From positions 64,001 to 128,000 of the forward strand of contig CAWHHI010000016.1 of NCBI GenBank assembly GCA_963829055.1: 64,000 nt of DNA, in the 5' to 3' direction. Within the stretch, counting starts at the first letter, position 1; every line of letters starts with the position of its first letter. The notes beneath the pieces are model-generated. The model saw only the letters and a list, made by a program, of their open reading frames with translations, did not search any database and was not told the DNA's origin. The DNA is from an uncultured Gemmatimonadaceae bacterium (lineage in GTDB: Bacteria > Gemmatimonadota > Gemmatimonadetes > Gemmatimonadales > Gemmatimonadaceae). Positions 1 through 10,556 of this stretch are shown piece after piece. Position numbers and translations under genes: made by a program.

Positions 1-60
1 AAGTTCCTGTTCAACGGCATCTACGCGGACAAGAAGGTCGATCCGAAGGTAGTGCAGTAA
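1..60 (+). CDS. 3' end of a gene entering the window (KFLFNGIYADKKVDPKVVQ*), possibly an M14-type secreted carboxypeptidase tail
   Basis: Open frame from base 1 to TAA at 58-60 with GC3-rich codons; product is a guess from the KFLFNG tail. Confidence 0.45.
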   Translation, partial: KFLFNGIYADKKVDPKVVQ

Positions 61-83
61 CGCAATTGCGCCGTGGACATACG

Positions 84-117
84 CCGGCGACGGGGCGCAT
101 TTTGGCTCCGTCGCCGG
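84..117 (+). terminator. GC-rich hairpin after upstream gene
   Basis: ccggcgacggggc / gctccgtcgccgg stem; no clear U-tract. Confidence 0.35.
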
Positions 118-120
118 TTC

Positions 121-269
121 TGTCATTCCGAGCGGGTTGTCATTCCGAGCGGATTGTCATTCCGAGCGAGGTCAGCGAGTCGAGGAATCGTCGGCGTCCC
201 GGTAGAGGGCCCTCTACGGCACGGTCACGATTCCTCGACTCCGGCCTGCGGCCTCCGCTCGGAATGACA
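121..269. repeat. Family A palindromic REP/MITE-like element (TGTCATTCCGAGCG...CGCTCGGAATGACA) with 3 tandem left ends
   Basis: Nested inverted repeats gtcgaggaatcg/cgattcctcgac and gtagagggccctctac; near reverse complement of the copy at 47927-48041. Confidence 0.9.
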
Positions 270-270
270 C

Positions 271-456
271 GGCGTCTCAGACGAAACGTGCGAACGGATT
301 CATCTGATCCAACGGATCGACTCCGATCCCGGGAATGGCTACATCGCTCGTGACTCTTTTGTTTTTTGAAGGTGTGCCAGCGAGACGCTCTGTCTCGCTC
401 ACGGAATCAATCCGCTAGATCCGACGCATCCGTTCGTTCCTTTCGTCTGAGATGCC
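271..456. repeat. Family B inverted-repeat element (GGCRTCTCAGACGAAA...TTTCGTCTGAGATGCC)
   Basis: Terminal IRs plus internal cggat/atccg repeats; right arm recurs at 38855-38916 and 57039-57092. Confidence 0.75.
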
Positions 457-498
457 GGACTGACATTGCCGGACTCACCACTCCAACGTGATCACGTT

Positions 499-2110
499 AT
501 GCAGAGATCTCTGTCCATTGCCGTTCTCCTCGCCGCATGCGGCGGATCTGTTCTCGCCGCGCAATCGTACCCCACCGCGAATCCCGTCGTCCGGCAGATC
601 TGGACCGAAGGGATGGACAACTCGCAGGCGTACAAGCTCACGCAGGTGTTGAGCGACTCGATCGGTCCTCGCCTAACGGGGTCGCCCGGCATCAAGCGCG
701 GCAACGACTGGCTCGTCGCGACCTACAAGAGTTGGGGCGTCGACGCCCGCAACGAGCAGTACGGCAAGTGGAAGGGATGGCGACGCGGCACCACGCACGT
801 CGACCTCATGACGCCGCGCGTTCGGACGCTCGAGGGAACGCTGCTCGCGTGGAGTGCGGGCACCGGCGGCAAGGACGTCACGGGCACGACGGTCATCCTT
901 CCCGAAGTACGCGATAGCGCCGCGCTCGTCGCGTGGTTGCCGCAGGCGAAGGGTAAGTTCGTGCTCGTCTCCATGGCGCAGCCGACCTGCCGCCCCGACG
1001 ACAACTGGCGTCAGTTCGGCGACTCGGCTTCGTTCGCCCGGATGCGTGCGGCGCGCGATAGCGCGACACGCGCGTGGACCGCGCGCATCGCCGCGACCGG
1101 CTATGGCGTCGGCCTCGGGACTGGGACGTTAGGCAAGCGGCTGCAGGACGCGGGAGTCGCCGGCGTGATCGCGTCGCGCTGGTCGAACGGCTGGGGCGTG
1201 AACAAGGTGTTCGACTCGCGCACCGACAAGGTGCCGTCGGTCGACCTGAGCTGCGAAGACTACGGGCTCGTCTATCGGCTGACGGAGAACAACCAGGGGC
1301 CGACCCTTCGCGTCCGCGCAGACGCCGAATTCCTCGGCGATGTTCCGGTGTTCAACACGATCGCGACGATCAAGGGATCCCAGAAGCCTGACGAGTACGT
1401 GATGCTTTCCGCTCACTTCGACTCGTGGGACGCGGGCTCCGGCACGACCGACAACGGCACCGGCACCATCACGATGCTCGAGGCGCTTCGCATCCTGAAG
1501 AAGGTCTATCCGAATCCGAAGCGCACGATCGTCGTCGGGTCACTGGAGCGGTGAAGAGCAGGGGCTCAACGGCTCGCGCGCGTTTGCCGCCGATCACCCG
1601 GAGATCGTGAAGGGATTGCAGGCGCTGTTCAATCAGGACAACGGCACCGGCCGCATCGTGAACTTCTCGGGGTCCGGCTTCACGACGGCGAGCGGCAATC
1701 TCGCGCGCTGGATGGCGAACATTCCGGCCGAGATGGCGCGCAACATCAACCTGAGCTTCCCCGGTGCGCCTGCAGGTGGCGGTTCCGACAACGCGTCGTT
1801 CGTCTGCTATGGCGCTCCGGCGTTCGGACTCGGCGCCACGAGCTGGGACTACGGCACGTACACGTGGCACACGAACCGCGACACGTTCGACAAGATCGTC
1901 CTCGACGACCTCAAGAACAACGCGACGCTGACGGCGATGCTGGTGTATCTCGCGAGCGAGGATCCGGAGACGCTGTCGCGCGACAAGCGCGTGTTCGAGC
2001 TCGGACCTAACGCGCGTCCGGCGGCTGGCCCTGGCGGCGCGCCGGCCGGCCCGCAGACATGGCCGGCCTGCACCGAGCCGCTGCGCGACTACTCGCAGTA
2101 TCGTCGTTAG
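499..2110 (+). CDS. Secreted M28 family peptidase (carboxypeptidase Q-like), frameshift at ~1538
   Basis: Signal peptide; GPRLTGS, SAHFDSWD, GTTDNGTG; removing one G restores GHWSGEEQGL; GGSDNASF; WHTNRDTFD. Confidence 0.88.
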
Positions 2111-2133
2111 GCGACCAATAGCAGGAGTCGACG

Positions 2134-3216
2134 ATGAGCGACGGTGTTCCATTTCTCAACCTGGCCGAGATCGAGGCGGCGGCACGCGAGCGCCTGACGA
2201 CGCTCGCGTACGAGTACTACGTCGGCGGCGCGAACGACGAAGTAACGGTGCGCGAGAATCGCTCGGCGTTCGAGCAGCTCGCGCTCCGCTACCGCGTGCT
2301 GGTCGACGTCAGTCGCCGGTCAACGAGCACGACCGTCCTCGGGACGCCCATCGATCTACCGGTGCTCATCGCGCCGACGGCGTTCCAGCGGCTGGCGTGC
2401 GACGAGGGTGAGATCGCCACGGCACGAGCGGCGTCCGCGGCCGGCACGGTGATGATTCTGAGCACCGCGTCCACGTGCACCATCGAGGACGTCGGGGCCG
2501 TCGGCGGTCGCCTCTGGTTTCAGCTGTATGTGTACTCCGATCGCGGCCTGACCAAGGCGCTCGTCGAACGGGCCGAGGCGTGCGGCATGCAGGCGGTCGT
2601 GCTCACGGTGGACGCGCCCGTGTTAGGCCGCCGAGAACGCGATCTCAGGAACCGCTTTCACCTGCCCGACGGGATTCGACTGGCGAACGTGCCGTCGTCA
2701 GGCAGCGTGCCGCTCCCAACCGGACATGGCGAGAGCGGGCTCGCGAACCATTTCGCGACCGGCATCGACGCCGGCATAACGTGGCGCGACGTCGAGTGGC
2801 TGAGGTCGATCACACGCTTGCCCGTGCTGATCAAAGGCATCGTGCGCGGCGACGATGCCGCTCGCGCCGTTGAGCATGGCGCGGCCGGCATCATCGTCTC
2901 GAATCACGGCGGCCGGCAGTTGGACACGGCCATCGCCTCGATTCGCGCGCTGCCTGACGTGGCCGAAGCCGTCAACGGGCGCGCTGAGGTGCTGCTGGAC
3001 GGCGGCGTCAGGCGGGGCACGGATGTGATCAAGGCCATAGCGCTCGGCGCGCGCGCCGTCCTCGTGGGCCGTCCTGTCGTGTGGGGACTCGCCGCCAGTG
3101 GAGAGAACGGCGCGCGGCGGGTGCTCGAGCTTCTGCGCGCCGAAATCGATCTCGCCATGGCGCTTTGCGGGTGCCCGACCGTCGGCGACATTTCACGTGA
3201 CCTGGTGGCGGACTGA
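2134..3216 (+). CDS. FMN-dependent alpha-hydroxy acid oxidase/dehydrogenase
   Basis: WFQLY, LTVDAP, SNHGGRQLD and DGGVRRGTD motifs; AGGAG RBS. Confidence 0.93.
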   Translation: MSDGVPFLNLAEIEAAARERLTTLAYEYYVGGANDEVTVRENRSAFEQLALRYRVLVDVSRRSTSTTVLGTPIDLPVLIAPTAFQRLACDEGEIATARAASAAGTVMILSTASTCTIEDVGAVGGRLWFQLYVYSDRGLTKALVERAEACGMQAVVLTVDAPVLGRRERDLRNRFHLPDGIRLANVPSSGSVPLPTGHGESGLANHFATGIDAGITWRDVEWLRSITRLPVLIKGIVRGDDAARAVEHGAAGIIVSNHGGRQLDTAIASIRALPDVAEAVNGRAEVLLDGGVRRGTDVIKAIALGARAVLVGRPVVWGLAASGENGARRVLELLRAEIDLAMALCGCPTVGDISRDLVAD

Positions 3217-3316
3217 CCCGTCGCCTTGGGCGAGACGCCTTTCACCGCGCTGTACTTGCGCCTCACGCGTCCCGTTGCCTACGTACGCGAGACTCTCTTT
3301 CTACCCGAGACCCGAC

Positions 3317-3808
3317 ATGCGCTTGATGCGTTCATTCTCCGCCGTTGCCGCGATTGTGCTCATGGCCGCCTGCGACCTGAGCACCGATCCCAACGTCCCG
3401 GCTCCCATCGACCCGACGAAGGATACGTATGCGCCGGCGCTCGGCGTCGACATCGCGTCGATGACCAAGACCTCGAGCGGTCTCTATTACAAGAACAAGA
3501 CAGTCGGCGCTGGCGCGGCTGCCCAGAAGGGTGATTCGGTTCGCGTGCACTACACGCTCTGGCTGACGAACGGCACGAAGGTGCAGTCGAGCAAGGAGAG
3601 CAGTACTGGTGCGCCACTCGAGTTTCTGACCGGTGCAACGCCGCCGCGCGTCATCCCCGGCTTCGAGGAAGGCGTCATGGGCATGCAGCCGGGTGGCGTG
3701 CGTCAGCTGGTGATCCCGCCCGGCCTGGCCTGGGGGTCCGACGGATTCCCGCCCGTGCAGCCTAACGCGAACGTCGTCTTCGAGATCGAGTATCTCGGGC
3801 GGCTCTAG
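3317..3808 (+). CDS. FKBP-type peptidyl-prolyl isomerase, lipoprotein
   Basis: Lipobox MAAC; VRVHYT, VIPGFEEGVMGM, LVIPPGLAWG, VVFEIE. Confidence 0.9.
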   Translation: MRLMRSFSAVAAIVLMAACDLSTDPNVPAPIDPTKDTYAPALGVDIASMTKTSSGLYYKNKTVGAGAAAQKGDSVRVHYTLWLTNGTKVQSSKESSTGAPLEFLTGATPPRVIPGFEEGVMGMQPGGVRQLVIPPGLAWGSDGFPPVQPNANVVFEIEYLGRL

Positions 3809-3819
3809 GCCGGTCGCGA

Positions 3820-5877
3820 TTGCTCGATCGCGAACCGCTCTGGTCGCCCGCTCCTGAGCGAGCGGCCGCTACAAACCTCGCACGATTCGTTGCAGCCGCG
3901 CGCGCCGCCGGGTACGAACCACCGGAGCGCAGCGCGGCTGTCGACTATTCATCGCTCTACGACTGGTCCGTCGCGAATCCCGAGCGGTTCTGGCCGGCGG
4001 TCTGGGAATTCTGCGGCGTCGTCGCTGACGTGCTTCCCGTTGGGCGCGCATGGACCGACGTGGTTCACGGACTCGATCGAATGGCCCCGCCGGATGCGGT
4101 CGCGGGCCCGCGATGGTTCCTCGGCGCACGACTCAACTTCGCCGAGAACCTGCTGCGTCACCACGATGATCATCCGGCGCTGATCGGCCGCAACGAGCGC
4201 GGCCGCGGTCGCGTGCTGACGTACGCGCAGCTCGGTGACGAGGTCGCGTCCGTCGCCGCCGCTCTCGCGAATGCGGGCGTTCGTGCGGGCGACCGGGTCG
4301 CGGGGTTCCTGCCTAACATTCCGGAAGCCGTGATCGCGATGCTTGCCACGGCGACGCTCGGCGCCATGTGGTCTTCGTGCTCGCCGGATTTCGGCGTGAA
4401 GGGCGTACTGGACCGCTTCGGGCAGATCGAGCCAAAGGTGCTGTTCTGCGCGGATGGCTACCGCTACGCGGGGAAGGAGATCGACTGCCTGACGCGCGTG
4501 CGCGAGATCGTGGCGCAGATTCCAGCCATCGAGCGCGTTGTCGTAGTTCCGTATCTGCGCGACACTCCGGCACTCGGCGAGTTCGTCGAGCTGGGACGCG
4601 TTCTGCGCAACAGCCGAGCACCCAGCGTCACCCAGCCACCAGCACGACCACCCAGCCACCAGCCGCAGTTCCGCGGTTCGAGCGTTTCGCGTTCGACCAT
4701 CCTTTGTACGTGATGTACTCGTCAGGCACCACCGGCCTGCCGAAGTGCATGGTGCACGGCGCTGGCGGGACGCTGCTGCAGCACCTCAAGGAGCTGGTGC
4801 TGCACACCGACCTCCGGCGCGACGACCGCATCTTCTACTTCACGACCTGTGGATGGATGATGTGGAACTGGCTCGTCAGCTCGCTCGCGGTCGGTGCGAC
4901 CGTGGTGCTCTACGACGGTGCGCCGCTCGCGCCTCACGCGGCCAGTCTGTGGGACATGGCCCAGGAAGAGCGCATCACGGTGTTCGGCACGAGCGCGAAG
5001 TATCTGGCGCTCACGGAGAAGGAAGGCGTGGAGCCGGCGCGCACGCACGACCTCTCGTCGCTGCGCGCGATTCTGTCCACGGGAAGTCCACTCGCGCCAC
5101 CGAGCTTCGACTACGTCTACGAGCGAGTGAAGCGAGACGTCCAGCTGAGCAGCATCAGCGGCGGCACGGACATCATCTCGTGCTTCGCGTTAGGCAACCC
5201 CGCGGGCCCGGTCTGGCGCGGCGAGTTGCAGGCGCGCGGGCTCGGCATGGCCGTCGACGTGTTCGACGAGACAGGCACTCCGGTTCGTGGCGCAGCCGGG
5301 AGAGCTCGTCTGCACCAGACCGTTCCCGAGCATGCCCGTCGCGTTCTGGAACGATCCCGACGGCGCGAAGTATCGCAGCGCGTACTTCGAGCAGTACCCG
5401 GGCGTGTGGCGCCACGGCGACTGGGCGCAGCTCACGGAGCACGGCGGCCTGATCATCACAGGCCGCAGTGACGCGACGCTCAACCCCGGCGGCGTGCGCA
5501 TCGGAACCGCGGAGATCTACCGGCAGGTGGAGCAACTCCCCGAGGTCATCGAGAGTCTGGTAGTCGGCCAGGATATCGTGACCGATGGTGCGATCGACGT
5601 GCGGGTCGTGCTGTTCGTCCGCCTCAGACCTAACGAGTCACTCGACGACGCATTGCGCGACCGCATCCGCCGCCAGATCCGCGAGGGCGCGAGCCCGCAC
5701 CACGTGCCGCGGGTGATCGTTCAGGTTGCGGACATTCCGCGGACGATCAGCGGCAAGATCACGGAGCTCGCGGTGCGCGACGTGATCCACGGCCGCCCGG
5801 TGAAGAACACGGACGCGATGGCGAATCCGCAGGCGCTCGAGCTGTTCAGGGATTTGCCGGAACTCGCTAGGCCATAG
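3820..5877 (+). CDS. Acetoacetate--CoA ligase (frameshifts ~4585, ~4665, ~5290)
   Basis: [65 protein letters not shown] across frames. Confidence 0.9.
4614..4664 (+). repeat. Family C repeat arm inside the acetoacetate-CoA ligase gene
   Basis: gcacccagcgtcacccagccaccagcacgaccacccagccaccagc matches 9167-9212 and the reverse complement of 50911-50955. Confidence 0.85.
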
Positions 5878-6099
5878 GAAGGAGGCCTGGGAAGGAGGCG
5901 GACGGCGAGGCGGAGGGCGGAGAAAAGCGCATGTCATCCCGAGGAGCGTCAGCGACGAGGGACCTTCTATGCATGTCATCGTGGCCGGTCTGGCCACCAG
6001 CGCGTTCGAGAAGGTCCCTCGCTGCGCTCGGGATGACGCCGCCCTTCCTCCGCCCTCCGCCTTCCGCCCTCCTCCTTCCTAGGCCTCCTTCCTACGGCC
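5870..6099. repeat. Composite element: GGAAGGAGGCC/GGCGGAG short-repeat arms around a family A element (5932-6037)
   Basis: Left arm gccataggaaggaggcc...; right arm ...ggcctccttcctacggcc; inner tgtcatcccgag...ctcgggatgac. Confidence 0.85.
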
Positions 6100-7786
6100 T
6101 GCTCGTCGACTCCGCGATCAACGTCGCGATTTGCGTCGTGACGTCGTGCAGCTTCTTGTGCCGATTCGACACCAGGCGGCGGAAGATGAGCCGCGCCGTA
6201 CCGTACGCCGTCGCCCCGATACCGAGCCACGCGGCGAGTCCGAGCAACGGCGCGTGTGTAGAGGCGGCGACCGACCCCATGACCGCGCCGCCGAGGCCAG
6301 CCCCACCGGGGCCCATGCAGAGGGCAAAGGTTCGTCTCGCGTCGTGCCCGAGCTGCTCGTCGACACGGATGGTCGTCTTGCCGCCACGCGGCATCACCGA
6401 GATCTGCAGGTTCCGCTCTCGACCCGAAACCGACCACGAGAAGGTGCGGCCCACGGAACCGATCTGGCCCACTTCGCCGATCTCTCGCCTGATGATGTCG
6501 AGCACGAGATCGTAGTCGCGCTCGGGCATCTCGCCGTCGATGGTCGCCTCGACCACGATGCGCGTGGGCGATCCGAGGAGCGGATTCACGCGCTGCGTCG
6601 GTCCGTCCTTCACGACGATCGCCGAGGTTCCGTGCGCGCGGGGCGCAACCGATGCGTTGTCGGTCCCGCGAGCCGCAGGCGACGGCACGAGCCCGTATTC
6701 CGCCAGCGCCTGTTGCACGAACGTCTCGGGAATACCTGCGTCCACTGCGGATGCGCGAACGTCGGCGAGCTGGTACGCGGACGACTCCGAGACCGGACGC
6801 GCTGAACGCGGCGCAACCTGCGGCAGCGGGAGCGCCGGCTGCGAGCTCGTGTGCGCCTGCAGTTCCGCCGCGCGCTTCCAGACGGACTGTGCCTGTGTCT
6901 CCGAGATGAGCGATCTCGCGTCTTCACTGCGTGCGCGGTCCGCCTCTGCAGCGTCAGTGCGCACGCGCTCGAGGGCTTCCGCTAGCGCGCCGCTGTTCTC
7001 GAACCGGTCGTCGGCGCTCTTGGCGAGACAACGATCGACGATGGCGGCGATCGCCGGCGGCACGTCGGGCGCGACGTCGCGGAGTCGCGGGGCGGGGCGC
7101 GTCACGTGCGCCACGAGAATCGCCGACGGCGTCTCGCTGTCGAACGGAAACTGACCGGACAGCGCGAGAAACGCGGCGACGCCTAACGCGTACACATCGC
7201 TCCGGCCGTCGATGCGCTCGCCAGTGACCTGCTCGGGGCTCATGTAGTGGACCGTCCCGAGCACCTGGCCTGTCGCCGTGAGCTGCTTCGCCTCCGCGAG
7301 CCGCGCGATCCCGAAATCCGTCACCACTGCACGCCCTGTCGCGCGGTCGATCAGAATGTTCTCCGCCTTCACGTCGCGGTGAATGACGCCGCGCGCGTGA
7401 GCGTAGCCCAGCGCGAGCGCAACGTCTCGCAACTGAGCGATGGTCTCGGCGAATGGCGGGCGACCCTGCGCCTGAATGCGCTGCGCCAACGATTCGCCGT
7501 CGACGTAGCCCATGGCGAAGAACACCCGTCCGGCGATCTCGTCCGCGCGATAGATCGGGACGATGCTCGGGTGCGACAGATGCGCGGCTGTGCGCGCCTC
7601 GCGCAGGAACCGCTCGCGCACGTCGGGATTTCCGGCGAGGTGGGGCGGCAGGGTCTTGATCGCGACGGGACGGTCGAGGTGCCGATCTCTCCCGAGAAAG
7701 ACGACGCCCATGCCGCCGCGACCGATCTCGCGCTCGATGTCGTATTGCCCGGCAAGAGCGGCTGCGAGATCGGATAGTTCAGACAC
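6092..7786 (-). CDS. Hanks-type Ser/Thr protein kinase with C-terminal membrane domain
   Basis: IGRGGMGVV, VAIK, HRDVKAEN, DFGIA, GTVHYMSPE, SDVYALG; GTG start inferred. Confidence 0.93.
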   Translation of the reverse strand: MSELSDLAAALAGQYDIEREIGRGGMGVVFLGRDRHLDRPVAIKTLPPHLAGNPDVRERFLREARTAAHLSHPSIVPIYRADEIAGRVFFAMGYVDGESLAQRIQAQGRPPFAETIAQLRDVALALGYAHARGVIHRDVKAENILIDRATGRAVVTDFGIARLAEAKQLTATGQVLGTVHYMSPEQVTGERIDGRSDVYALGVAAFLALSGQFPFDSETPSAILVAHVTRPAPRLRDVAPDVPPAIAAIVDRCLAKSADDRFENSGALAEALERVRTDAAEADRARSEDARSLISETQAQSVWKRAAELQAHTSSQPALPLPQVAPRSARPVSESSAYQLADVRASAVDAGIPETFVQQALAEYGLVPSPAARGTDNASVAPRAHGTSAIVVKDGPTQRVNPLLGSPTRIVVEATIDGEMPERDYDLVLDIIRREIGEVGQIGSVGRTFSWSVSGRERNLQISVMPRGGKTTIRVDEQLGHDARRTFALCMGPGGAGLGGAVMGSVAASTHAPLLGLAAWLGIGATAYGTARLIFRRLVSNRHKKLHDVTTQIATLIAESTSRP

Positions 7787-7961
7787 GATGCGGGGACTGG
7801 GGATTCGGGACTGGGGACTCGGCGCCGGACGCCTGTTTCGCGCCTGACCCATACGTCCCAACAGGCCAAGATGTGTCCGTTGCCCGGCACTCGCGAGGGC
7901 GACGCGACGTTAGATTTCCGCCAACGCACCGCCGAACTCCCGCTTCTTCGAGGACGTTTGC

Positions 7962-9086
7962 ATGGCGACTCAGACCCTGCCTACCGCCGAGACCGCGCAC
8001 GACGCGTTTCCTATCAACGGAACCGACTACGTCGAGTTCTACGTGGGGAACGCGAAGCAAGCGAGTCACTTCTATCGCGCTGCTTTCGGCTTTCAGCTCA
8101 TGGCGTATCGCGGTCCCGAAACGGGCGTGCGCGATCGCGCGAGCTACCTCATGCAACAGGGCAAGATCCGGATCGTGCTGACGACGGCGCTGTCGCCGAA
8201 CTCGCCGGTCGCGGAGCACGTGCACAAGCACGGCGACGGCGTGAAGGATTACGCGCTGTGGGTGGACGACGCGCGTTATGCGTACACGACCGCGGTCGAG
8301 CGTGGCGCGATTCCGAAGCAGGAACCGAAGGTCTTTCGCGACGACCAGGGCGAGGTCGTGATCGCGGCGATCGGCACGTACGGCGACACGATCCATTCGC
8401 TCGTCGAGCGGCGGAACTACAACGGACTGTTTCTGCCGGGCTTCCGCGCGGTCACGCCGCGGTATCAGCCGAAGGACGTGGGCCTCCAGTACGTCGACCA
8501 CTGCGTCGGCAACGTGGAGCTCGGCCAGATGAATCGCTGGGTCCAGTATTACGGCGATGTGATGGGCTTCCGAAACCTGATCACCTTCGACGACGAGGAC
8601 ATCAGCACCGAGTACTCGTCGCTCATGTCGAAGGTGATGGCGAACGGCAACGATCGCATCAAGTTCCCGATCAACGAGCCCGCGTCAGGCAAGAAGAAGT
8701 CGCAGATCGAGGAGTATCTCGATTTCTACGGCGGCCCGGGGGCTCAGCACCTGGCGCTCGCGACGAACGACATCATCGAGACGGTGACCGCGCTCCGCGA
8801 ACGCGGCATCGAGTTCCTGCAGGCGCCGACGTCGTACTACCAGGAGCTGCAGCAGCGCGTCGGGAAGATCGACGAGCCGCTCGAGACGCTCGAGGAGCTC
8901 GGCATTCTCGTGGATCGCGATCCGGATGGCTACCTGCTCCAGATCTTCACGAAGCCGGTGGAGGACCGCCCGACGCTCTTCTACGAGATCATCCAGCGAA
9001 AGGGCGCAAAGAGCTTCGGGAAAGGGAACTTCAAGGCGCTGTTCGAGGCGATCGAGAAGGAGCAGGAACTAAGAGGTAATCTCTAG
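7962..9086 (+). CDS. hppD: 4-hydroxyphenylpyruvate dioxygenase
   Basis: HGDGV, DHCVGN, PINEP, SQIEEYL, QHLAL, LLQIFTKP, FGKGNFKALF. Confidence 0.97.
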   Translation: MATQTLPTAETAHDAFPINGTDYVEFYVGNAKQASHFYRAAFGFQLMAYRGPETGVRDRASYLMQQGKIRIVLTTALSPNSPVAEHVHKHGDGVKDYALWVDDARYAYTTAVERGAIPKQEPKVFRDDQGEVVIAAIGTYGDTIHSLVERRNYNGLFLPGFRAVTPRYQPKDVGLQYVDHCVGNVELGQMNRWVQYYGDVMGFRNLITFDDEDISTEYSSLMSKVMANGNDRIKFPINEPASGKKKSQIEEYLDFYGGPGAQHLALATNDIIETVTALRERGIEFLQAPTSYYQELQQRVGKIDEPLETLEELGILVDRDPDGYLLQIFTKPVEDRPTLFYEIIQRKGAKSFGKGNFKALFEAIEKEQELRGNL

Positions 9087-9107
9087 CACAGCGCCCTTCT
9101 CGACGGC

Positions 9108-9212
9108 GCTGGTTGCTGGGTGGTCGTGCTTGTTGCTGGGTGACGCTGAGTGAGAGCACCCAGCCCGCACCCAGCGTCACCCAGCCACCAGCACACACAC
9201 CCAGCCACCAGC
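9108..9212. repeat. Family C inverted-repeat element (GCTGGTTGCTGGG...CCCAGCCACCAGC)
   Basis: Two ~40-bp inverted arms between hppD and hmgA. Confidence 0.85.
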
Positions 9213-9220
9213 TTGCCGTT

Positions 9221-10415
9221 ATGCCGATCTACCATACGCTCGGAACCAGTCCCGAAGAAGAGGCATACAGTCTTCCGTCGCCCCGACGGCGGCTTGTACG
9301 CCGAAGAGCTGATGGGGCACGAAGGGTTCGTCGGAACCTCGTCGTTGCTCTATCACTCGTATCCGCCGACCACCGTGAAATCCGCTCGGCGCATCCGGGA
9401 CATTCGCTGGGAGGCCGACGAGGACACGTCGCTCAGGCATCGGCACTTCCTGACCGCGCGCTCTGCGAAGGGCGGCAGTCCGACACTCGACCGCATCCCG
9501 CTGCTGTTCAACAGCGACATCGCGATGCTGTACGTCGAGCCCGATGAGATCGACGCGCACTTCTATCGGAACTCGCAGGCCGACGAGTGCGTGTACGTCG
9601 TCGAGGGCTCGGGCGTCCTAGAATCCGTGTACGGTGACATGCCCTATGTGCCGGGAGATTACGTAGTTATCCACCGTAATATCCTGCATCGCTGGAAGCT
9701 CGATCTGGCGAAGGGGCCGACCAAGTTGCTGGTGTTCGAGAGCCGCGGACACGTGCGCTGGCCGAAGCGATATCGCAACGAATTCGGTCAGCTGCTCGAA
9801 GGCGCGCCGTACAGTGAGCGCGATATCCGGCGCCCGAGCGAGCTACGAACGCACGATGAGAAGGGCGACTTCCGGCTCCTCGTGAAGCAGTACGATGCGC
9901 TCAACGAGCTGATCCTCGATCACCATCCGTTCGACGTCGTCGGTTGGGATGGCTACTTCTATCCGTGGATCTTCAACATTCACGACTTCGAGCCGATCGT
10001 CGGTCGCATCCATCAGCCGCCGCCCGTCCATCAGACGTTCCAGGGCGATGGCTTCGTGATCTGCTCGTTCTGCCCGCGCCCGTACGACTTCGATCCTCAG
10101 GCGGTCCCGGCGCCGTACAACCACAGCAACGTGGATTCGGACGAGGTGCTGTTTTACGCGTCGAGCGAGTTCATGAGTCGGAAGGGCATCGAGTACGGGA
10201 GCGTCACGCACCATCCGGACGGCCTACCGCACGGTCCGCATCCGGGCCGAGCGGAGGCGAGCATCGGCGCGAAGTTCACGAACGAGCTCGCGGTGATGAT
10301 GGACTCGTTCAAGCCGCTGAAGGTGGCGAAGCCGGCGCTCTCGTTCGAGGATCCGAAGTACCACCAGAGCTGGGTGGACGCGCAGCACGAGACGTTCAAC
10401 CCGCCGACGAGTTAG
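9221..10415 (+). CDS. hmgA: Homogentisate 1,2-dioxygenase (frameshift ~9247)
   Basis: MPIYHTLG joins VPKKRH; HPFDVVGWDG, IHQPPPVHQTF, PYNHSNVDSDE, HPDGLPHGPHPG; follows hppD. Confidence 0.93.
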
Positions 10416-10443
10416 GCGCGTACGCGCCTAACTCGTCGGCGGG
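10400..10443. terminator. Perfect 44-bp palindrome over the hmgA stop codon
   Basis: cccgccgacgagttaggcgcgtacgcgcctaactcgtcggcggg is its own reverse complement; lies between convergent genes. Confidence 0.6.
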
Positions 10444-10556
10444 AGCTATCAGCTAGCAGCCATCAGCCATCAGCTAACTGCCTCGCGACATCGTCCGTCT
10501 CGACCAGGAAGATCCCGCCGTTTGAGCTGATGGCAGATGGCTGATGGCTGCTAGCT
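10444..10556. repeat. Inverted heptamer-repeat element (AGCCATC)n...(GATGGCT)n
   Basis: agctatcagctagcagccatcagccatcagct versus agctgatggcagatggctgatggctgctagct. Confidence 0.75.

Noticed and set aside
121..170. CRISPR-like short direct repeats (also 56676-56733, 15618-15725)
   Set aside because: No unique spacers of constant CRISPR length and no cas genes; these are element ends or operators
2134..9086. HmaS/Hmo hydroxyphenylglycine biosynthesis pair
   Set aside because: The dioxygenase is directly upstream of hmgA and there is no NRPS; catabolic HPPD is more parsimonious
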